DNA of 25,076 bases. It comes from Microcoleaceae cyanobacterium. GTDB lineage: Bacteria; Cyanobacteriota; Cyanobacteriia; Cyanobacteriales; Microcoleaceae. The stretch spans positions 1 to 25,076 of the forward strand of contig JBOFUV010000024.1 of NCBI GenBank assembly GCA_051652765.1, written 5' to 3'. Of this stretch, positions 19,303-25,076 are shown piece after piece (within the stretch, counting starts at the first letter, position 1; every line of letters begins with the position of its first letter). The translations under genes were made by a program, and so were the position numbers. The notes beneath the pieces are model-generated. The model searched no databases. It saw only the letters and a list, made by a program, of their open reading frames with translations, and had not been told where the DNA came from.

Positions 19303-19434
19303 AAAAAAGTTCAGAGGATGCTTGAACAGGGCATCAAAGGACAGGAGGAATCTTGTCCCTCACGTGAGCACAGAAACCTTGGGCTGTGCCACCTCACCTA
19401 TCGGGGCGCAAACCCGACTTTTCTCACATCCTCT
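19303..19434 (-). ncRNA. Candidate structured RNA (5' leader of the GHL10 gene or an sRNA); family not identified, strand uncertain
   Basis: Closing stem AGAGGATG(19313-20)/CATCCTCT(19427-34) encloses three hairpins; on the minus strand it is followed by GAAC-U6. Confidence 0.55.
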
Positions 19435-19664
19435 CAGTCCAGAGTTCGGCCCTGATTCCGCGTTTCAGTTCTCTAGACTAGGAAAAAGAAGTGAAACTGG
19501 CAAACTATTAAACAAACGTGTCTAATTTTACAAGTTATTGCAAAAACAGAAAAGTGTCCTTACCAGAATTGATATTAACTCTGTTTTAAGTTTTCAGCAG
19601 TACCTGAGTCAAACTGCACTCAAAACCTGAGCAACCTGCAAGTGTACAGATGAATCTGCAGAGC

Positions 19665-21194
19665 TTAAGCGTCCCCAAATCCGCCCCCCAACAACTCTGG
19701 AAACAGTTCTAGGAGATGCTTGGGCTGCATCCAAGATTCCAAGGCAATGGGTTGCTTGGTGGGCTCTCCCCGCTCGTCAATATCTAGGCCCGTAATTGCT
19801 CCTCGCAAGGCTGGACGAAGATTCCCCAAGCGATCGCGCTTGGCTCGCAAGTTTATCTCGACTAGACCTCGGGTTTGCATTTTTTTAATCCCTCCCTTAC
19901 CACCACCCAGAGTTGATAAAGTATTCCCGTGAGAGAGCAAGATTGGAAACTCAGGGGGCTTTCTGACATCGGACAGAATTGACTTTAAAAACCGTCCTGC
20001 CAGAGCAGGCTCGCAACTTTCCTGGTACTGAGTGACTTCATCCCAGATTGAAGTATGGGGCAAGTTAGACGCTTTTAAGCGTTGATAATAAGCGACGAGT
20101 CGGGAGTTAATCGCATTGTAGTTGTAATCAGCACCATAGATTTCAAACAACTCTGGCCAACTGTTCTGATGGGCATGGGGATCAGACACTGACACGGTAT
20201 GACCAAAGAAAATGGCCCGAAGTAACCCCAGAAATGAAGCAAAGGAGGTCTTTCCCGAACATTGTTCTCCCCAAATCAATAGTGGCTTGGTGAGCAACAA
20301 CTGCATCAGCCATTCACAGCCCGGAGCATTCAACTGATCCCACAATTCCTGGACTCTGACATCACTTTCATGGGGCATCACCGGGGGTTGGGGTGGGGGC
20401 GGATCTGGTAAGCGCATTCCTAAAGGAACCTCGCTTGTCTCAACTCCTGAATCAGTTGCCGAATCAGTTACTGATTCAATCACAGAGTCTGGCTCCCAAG
20501 CTTGAAACTGATCAACAGGTTGGGTGACTGACTCGTCCGCTGGATGGCCAAAAGGTTCAGGATTGAGGGGATGCTTATGGGTTTTGGGAATGGATCGTTT
20601 CCGTTCCTGAGTTTCACCTCCACGCGGTTGAGGATTGGCTGGGTCTTGAGTTTTCTTGGATTTTGATCTGGATTTTGGCTTGGATTGAGATTCGGCGGCA
20701 ACCGCTTCAGTTGCGGCTTGGGCACTTCGTAGCCAGTCTACGATCGGTTCTCTTCCGGCTCCAAGGGACTCTTTGGCCGTGGTATCAATCACCTTTCCAG
20801 AAGGAGTCTTGGACAAAATCTGGGGCAATCCAGTCTGTTCTGAGAGGGCGGATTCCACTGCAGCTTCCCGGATAGATTCTGAATAGTAACGGCTCGCAGC
20901 TAACCAATGGAGAAAATCCTCTTCCTCCTGCTGTCGTTCTGCCTGAAGAATCGGTTCAATTCGGCGCAAACGATAGCCAATGGCCAATACCGTAGCACTT
21001 CCAGCCATGGCTCCCAGCAGACTCAAGCCTTGTACCCAGCGGTGGACAGGATTCTGTCTCGACAAAAAGAAGGGCGGCACCGACCACAATAAAAAACTTC
21101 CCCCGATCAGTCCAGCAGCAATGATATTCAACCAAGTAACAGACTGTTCGGCGACTTTGTCTCGAGTCTGGAATTCCTTCAGCTCAATAGCCAT
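19665..21194 (-). CDS. Membrane-anchored P-loop ATPase, FtsK/HerA/coupling-protein-like
   Basis: Two N-terminal hydrophobic helices, long P/S/E/K-rich linker, Walker A LLIWGEQCSGKTS, DPH, Walker B SIWDEV, then SDVRK...ILLSH. ATG at 21194 preferred over GTG at 21248. Confidence 0.75.
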   Translation of the reverse strand: MAIELKEFQTRDKVAEQSVTWLNIIAAGLIGGSFLLWSVPPFFLSRQNPVHRWVQGLSLLGAMAGSATVLAIGYRLRRIEPILQAERQQEEEDFLHWLAASRYYSESIREAAVESALSEQTGLPQILSKTPSGKVIDTTAKESLGAGREPIVDWLRSAQAATEAVAAESQSKPKSRSKSKKTQDPANPQPRGGETQERKRSIPKTHKHPLNPEPFGHPADESVTQPVDQFQAWEPDSVIESVTDSATDSGVETSEVPLGMRLPDPPPPQPPVMPHESDVRVQELWDQLNAPGCEWLMQLLLTKPLLIWGEQCSGKTSFASFLGLLRAIFFGHTVSVSDPHAHQNSWPELFEIYGADYNYNAINSRLVAYYQRLKASNLPHTSIWDEVTQYQESCEPALAGRFLKSILSDVRKPPEFPILLSHGNTLSTLGGGKGGIKKMQTRGLVEINLRAKRDRLGNLRPALRGAITGLDIDERGEPTKQPIALESWMQPKHLLELFPELLGGGFGDA

Positions 21195-21445
21195 AGGCTT
21201 AACCCTACAAATGCACACAGCAAACTTAGCACGAGCACTCCCCACCACTGACGTACATCCATGCGAAAAAACTTAGCAAAGGCATCGTCTCCCAACCATC
21301 CCAAGAGCTGAAACAGGAGGAAAACTCCCCAGAGCAGCATGGCCCACACGCGCAAACCCGAATGTAAAGACGCGAGAAAGGCCAACGATGTTGAGAGTGC
21401 GCCGCCGAGGATCAACCAGGCTGATAAAATCCAAATTTTGCTCAC
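21179..21445 (-). CDS. Small integral membrane protein (about 3 TM helices, Trp-rich)
   Basis: 88 aa with three hydrophobic stretches; GTG start with GGAAGG upstream; overlaps the ATPase start by 16 bp. Confidence 0.7.
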   Translation of the reverse strand: MSKIWILSAWLILGGALSTSLAFLASLHSGLRVWAMLLWGVFLLFQLLGWLGDDAFAKFFRMDVRQWWGVLVLSLLCAFVGLSLWLLS

Positions 21446-22170
21446 AACTTCACCTTCCTAGGAATTGCTTCAGCTCAACCCCCAACCATCAGTCTTAGCG
21501 AGCAGACTGTTACTTTCTGTGAAACCAATCAATCATAACCATCGAGGGAGTTGAATCCTTAATCAATTATAGTAATTTGCCAGAGCCTCAGGATCAGCCA
21601 GAAGGAACTCTCTAAAATAACAATTAGCCTGATCCATAAAAAATCTTGGTGTTAGAAATAAATCTCAGAAATAAACTCTAGAAACATTGCAAAAGATAAA
21701 CTACAAGCTAATCCTTGATAGAGAGATTACCTTTATATAAAAACATTTATATAAACACTATAAACCCGACACCTTGAGTTAGAACTCTTAAAATCAAACT
21801 CCCGAAGTCAAGCTATTCAGAACCCAAAACCCAGACTTGTTTAATTGCGTAAGTCTCAATTATAGCGAGTCTAAATCAATCATGAGAGACTCTGGCGAGG
21901 AGCTTGGGGAACTTCATCCCAAGGAAGCAGGTAACAGGCCCTCTACCTCCTTCTCACGAATCATCGTTGATTGCTGTATTAGTATAAATTTCAAATACTA
22001 CGTCTAAATGTAACACATCTCGTTCATTTTATCAACCAGACTGAACGCTACGCTCAGTTGAAATCTATGATGCTTAGAGGGTTCATCCTTCGCAACAGTT
22101 GTAACATACACAACTACAAGATTAAGGATTTTGCGCTATGCACCTGAGTATACACCTGAATATTGGCCCA

Positions 22171-23073
22171 TCACAATGCACAACAATCTTGAATCCGTTG
22201 TGCCAGTTGCGTGTGCAAAGAATGACCTGCTTTATAAGCAACATAGTGAGCAGGCACAATCATTCCTAATAAGCTCAAATCCCCGATTAAATCCAACATT
22301 TTATGGCGTACGGGCTCATCAGGAAACCTAAGTGGAGGATTTAACCAGCCTGATTCCCCACAGACTAGAGCATTGTCCAAGCTCCCTCCCTTGATCAGTC
22401 CTCGCTCCCGGAGTTGCTGGACTTGGGCTTCCAATACAAACGTCCGAGCTGGAGCTAAGCATTCAGTAAAGCTTGCCTGGTGGGGTGACCAACTGTACCA
22501 TGAGTTCCCAATAACAGAACTGGGAAAATCAATTCCATAGGTAAATCGCAGCTCAGCCGCCGGAAATGCGGTAACAAAGGCATCCCCTTGATGAACAGAA
22601 ATAGGTAACAAGGATTGGAACTTCCTCTGGAAATCAGGGGTTAAACCCTGGGTGCTGAACGGGTGGATGTCAGAAGTGGGTTGAGCCTTTTTTGAGCCTG
22701 CTTGAGCGATCGCCTCTGTCCAGATCTGAGATGAACCATCCAACAAAGGAACTTCTGGCCCATCAATCTCAATTCGAGCATGGTCGATGCCCATACCTGC
22801 CAGGGCAGACAAGAGATGTTCCACAGTGCAAACATTAGGCTTAGGGTCAAGGGTGGAATCCGCTTGAACGAGCTCTGTGGATAGAGCTGTTGAGGCCACA
22901 GATTCAATTCGGGCCGGGATGATGGGTAACTCAGGTAAATCAACCCGCACAAAATAGCGCCCAGTCCCCAAGGGCACAGGAAAGATGCAGACTTTAGTAA
23001 CTAGACCAGTATGCAGTCCTATTCCTGAGCAAGTTACAGGCTGAGCAAGAGTCAGGTTCTGGTTTAGGGCCAT
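22171..23073 (-). CDS. lpxC: UDP-3-O-acyl-N-acetylglucosamine deacetylase
   Basis: [61 protein letters not shown]. Confidence 0.96.
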   Translation of the reverse strand: MALNQNLTLAQPVTCSGIGLHTGLVTKVCIFPVPLGTGRYFVRVDLPELPIIPARIESVASTALSTELVQADSTLDPKPNVCTVEHLLSALAGMGIDHARIEIDGPEVPLLDGSSQIWTEAIAQAGSKKAQPTSDIHPFSTQGLTPDFQRKFQSLLPISVHQGDAFVTAFPAAELRFTYGIDFPSSVIGNSWYSWSPHQASFTECLAPARTFVLEAQVQQLRERGLIKGGSLDNALVCGESGWLNPPLRFPDEPVRHKMLDLIGDLSLLGMIVPAHYVAYKAGHSLHTQLAQRIQDCCAL

Positions 23074-23111
23074 CTAAGCTGCCAATTAAAGTCTGCTGGT
23101 TAATACTTTGC

Positions 23112-23140
23112 AATAAGTCTTAATAAGTCTTAATAGGTCT
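23112..23140. repeat. 10-bp tandem repeat AATAAGTCTT x~3
   Basis: AATAAGTCTT AATAAGTCTT AATAGGTCT upstream of lpxC. Confidence 0.8.
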
Positions 23141-23153
23141 GACTAACTCTACT

Positions 23154-23570
23154 TTAGAGTGGGTAACTTTCCCAATCTGGGCAAGTCTCCTCTTCAACCC
23201 CATGAGGGTGCATGGCGCAAACCAACAGACTACCCCCGTAAACCTGGCCATGATAATATTGACAACCTCGACAAGCTGAGTATTGAGTACTTGAAGGATG
23301 AACATAAGAGACAAAGGGTTCAAATCCTTCATCCATTAAATCCAGGTCGAGATTTAAATAGATCTCTAAAACAGGCTCGACAATTTCAGCAAAATACCCG
23401 TCAAGCCCTGGAATAATCCGTTCCTGAACCTCCTGAGTTACCTCCTCAGAAACCTTTGCCAGTTCATTGACCATTGCCTGAAACTCTTCACCTGCAATCC
23501 GAAAAAACTTATCGACTTCTACAGCAACTGCCTCAACTGCCTCAAAAAAATCCCTTGACCACTCTTCCAT
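23154..23570 (-). CDS. Conserved cyanobacterial hypothetical protein with a C-terminal Cys/His motif
   Basis: Acidic helical N-terminus; CRGCQYYHG...LVCAMHPHG.....CPDWE. Confidence 0.8.
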   Translation of the reverse strand: MEEWSRDFFEAVEAVAVEVDKFFRIAGEEFQAMVNELAKVSEEVTQEVQERIIPGLDGYFAEIVEPVLEIYLNLDLDLMDEGFEPFVSYVHPSSTQYSACRGCQYYHGQVYGGSLLVCAMHPHGVEEETCPDWESYPL

Positions 23571-23629
23571 AGTTAAGAGCCCTTAACCCCTTGCAAATTC
23601 ACTCTAACACAACCCATCTTGAATGCATC

Positions 23630-23995
23630 TTAGCTTTGCTGCATTCGTTTTAACTCTTCCTGCAAATCTTTGACCCGTTGACGCAGTTGGTCAACTGAAC
23701 CCTCGGGGCTCGGTTCATCATCCGCATCTAGGATTTCAATCCGACGTGGTTCAGAACGTTTCTCCTTGGGGGAAGGAACTGGACTGGAATCATCTTGCGC
23801 CTGCGTTAGGGCCTCATCGACAAAACGACGAGCTTCTTCTGCGGTCATCTCCCCTCGCTTTACCATCTCGTCTGCGAGTTTCTGAGCCTCAGTGCGTAAT
23901 TCTGCTAAGGTTTTACTCGCTTTTTCTCCGGCATAGGAAGCCAGCCCCACTCCTAGGTAAACAGCTTTCTGAACAAGCTCTCCAAAACCCGGCAT
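23630..23995 (-). CDS. Phasin-like (PHA granule-associated family) coiled-coil protein
   Basis: KAVYLGVGLA, LADEMVKRGEMTAEEARRFVDE, C-terminal coiled coil; AGGAGG Shine-Dalgarno upstream. Confidence 0.8.
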   Translation of the reverse strand: MPGFGELVQKAVYLGVGLASYAGEKASKTLAELRTEAQKLADEMVKRGEMTAEEARRFVDEALTQAQDDSSPVPSPKEKRSEPRRIEILDADDEPSPEGSVDQLRQRVKDLQEELKRMQQS

Positions 23996-24023
23996 AGTTC
24001 CTCCTAGTCCCTTAAATACAAAG

Positions 24024-24119
24024 TGACCCGGAGACTACGCCTATCAGAAGCATCCCGTATTGCTGCCACCTTCCGGTTCTGACAAGATTTGGGCGTTCTA
24101 ATCGCATAGATCCAGGTCA
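24024..24119 (-). ncRNA. ffs: Signal recognition particle RNA, small type (4.5S)
   Basis: Reverse complement is a long hairpin TGACCTGGA...TCCGGGTCA containing the helix-8 motif GTCAGAACCGGAAGGTGGCAGC. Confidence 0.93.
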
Positions 24120-24125
24120 ATAGTA

Positions 24126-24134
24126 ATTATAGCA
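24126..24134 (-). promoter_or_regulatory. Extended -10 promoter of ffs (TGCTATAAT)
   Basis: Perfect TGnTATAAT 6 nt upstream of the SRP RNA 5' end. Confidence 0.75.
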
Positions 24135-24141
24135 CGCTAGC

Positions 24142-24408
24142 TTACTCAACAACAATGCACCATTGATAAAGGTCGTAATTCACGCAGCCATTTTTGACGA
24201 GGGGATCTGCGGCAACAATGGCTTCAGCCTCTACCATTGAAGTCGCTTCAAAGATCAACATCCCACCTCCTCGCTTTGCCCAGTAGCCGCTGCGAGCTTT
24301 GTGTCCCTTGGCTACTAACTCTTGAACATAGGTGATGTGAGCGGGAACAAATTGATCAAATACGGCTTTTTCAACAACGCCACGCTCAATTTTGACAAAC
24401 CAAGGCAT
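24142..24408 (-). CDS. YciI family protein
   Basis: PAHITYV, SG, GGGMLIFEA.S..EA...VAADP; 88 aa. Confidence 0.88.
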   Translation of the reverse strand: MPWFVKIERGVVEKAVFDQFVPAHITYVQELVAKGHKARSGYWAKRGGGMLIFEATSMVEAEAIVAADPLVKNGCVNYDLYQWCIVVE

Positions 24409-24410
24409 TT

Positions 24411-24458
24411 TGAATACTTTTTGAATACTTTTTGAAAATTTTTTGAATACTGAATACT
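24411..24458. repeat. 11-bp imperfect tandem repeat TGAATACTTTT (about 4-5 units) abutting the yciI start
   Basis: TGAATACTTTT x2, TGAAAATTTTT, TGAATAC, TGAATACT. Confidence 0.8.
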
Positions 24459-24701
24459 AAAGCTCAACAGACGTATTTCTTTCCATTATCCCTGCTATCG
24501 TGCTCTTGGATGATCATTCCGACACAGCCCACAAAACTACATTACAAAACTACTACTAGTTTGCTCCCCACAATACTTTTTCAGTCGGTGAACTAACTGT
24601 GAGAGGCAAAATCTCGCGTGATCCTGAAGCTGCACCTGATTCGCCTGATTGAATTAAAGATTGCTGTGAACTAGACATTGTTGTGAATAATTACTTTGGC
24701 A

Positions 24702-24715
24702 GTATCACATACTAC
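24702..24715. promoter_or_regulatory. Possible NtcA box GTA-N8-TAC
   Basis: GTATCACATACTAC in the divergent yciI / small ORF intergenic region; no canonically spaced TAN3T. Confidence 0.35.
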
Positions 24716-24847
24716 GTTTTAGGGGATAAATCTTAGCTGAACAGAATCTTTACATTTGTTAGAGAACACTTTACATAACCATCTTGTGTTTCTAAGACGG
24801 GTTGAATAAGGTTGACGTAGTCAAGCAATACTATTGAGAGCAGACCA

Positions 24848-25057
24848 ATGGGCGCAATTAATCAGTTGGTGAAGCAGGTTTTAGGCACAGGTTACCTGAC
24901 AATAGAGGTTGAAGACCAACTGCGTCGGCTCGTGCAAAATACAAAGTATGGACGGGAAGACTTTGATGCATTTGTAAAGCTTCAACTTGCTGCCAAGGAT
25001 GGCCAAGTTCGCCAAGAGTCCCGTGAATGTCTAGCTCGGGAACGGGCATTTTCTTAG
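24848..25057 (+). CDS. Small conserved cyanobacterial hypothetical protein
   Basis: 69 aa; pattern I..LV.Q.L.TGYLT.E.E.QLR.L....Y..EDF.AF..LQ.A...G.V.QESRE recalled from cyanobacterial small proteins. Confidence 0.75.
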   Translation: MGAINQLVKQVLGTGYLTIEVEDQLRRLVQNTKYGREDFDAFVKLQLAAKDGQVRQESRECLARERAFS

Positions 25058-25076
25058 GTGTTTTAGAGCCAAAGCA

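Noticed and set aside
19303..19460. c-di-AMP or c-di-GMP-I riboswitch assignment
   Set aside because: Only fragments (GGGGCGCAAA, CTCTCAGTCC) resemble them; CCCGTCAGCTAAC and the GGCAAACC..GAAA helix are absent. Kept as an unassigned element.
19322..19525. 67-aa ORF on the + strand
   Set aside because: TTG start, no motif; better explained as running through the structured RNA element.
21195..21248. Longer GTG start for the ATPase
   Set aside because: It would overlap the upstream membrane gene by 70 bp; ATG at 21194 gives a short coupling overlap.
16120..22170. Genomic island integrated at tRNA-Gly
   Set aside because: No integrase and no duplicated tRNA 3' end found; the adjacent GHL10 gene looks like an ordinary cyanobacterial gene.

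Overview
Chromosomal window from a cyanobacterium, judged by at least 12 HIP1 GCGATCGC octamers and cyanobacterial-type gshA, ffs, cbiG-cobJ fusion and small conserved genes. Gene order: 5'-truncated membrane protein, selO, hybrid Rec-HisKA protein with an eroded ATP-binding domain, thioredoxin, SDR, Prx-like protein, 2-Cys peroxiredoxin, tRNA-Met, LysM/M23 peptidase, trmL, gshA, cNMP-domain protein, cbiG-cobJ, hypothetical, tRNA-Gly, GHL10 glycoside hydrolase, membrane-anchored P-loop ATPase with a small membrane partner, lpxC, two hypotheticals, SRP RNA, yciI and a small conserved ORF. No transposase, integrase or CRISPR array was seen. Four leads stand out: (1) a multi-hairpin, possibly switch-like RNA element upstream of the GHL10 gene; (2) an orphan pair of a 3-TM protein and an FtsK/HerA/coupling-protein-like ATPase; (3) a cNMP-binding domain fused to a catalytically eroded methylglyoxal-synthase-like domain beside gshA; (4) a probable pseudo-histidine kinase or phosphotransferase. 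All calls come from reading motifs by eye; no searches or folding programs were run, so novelty is unverified.
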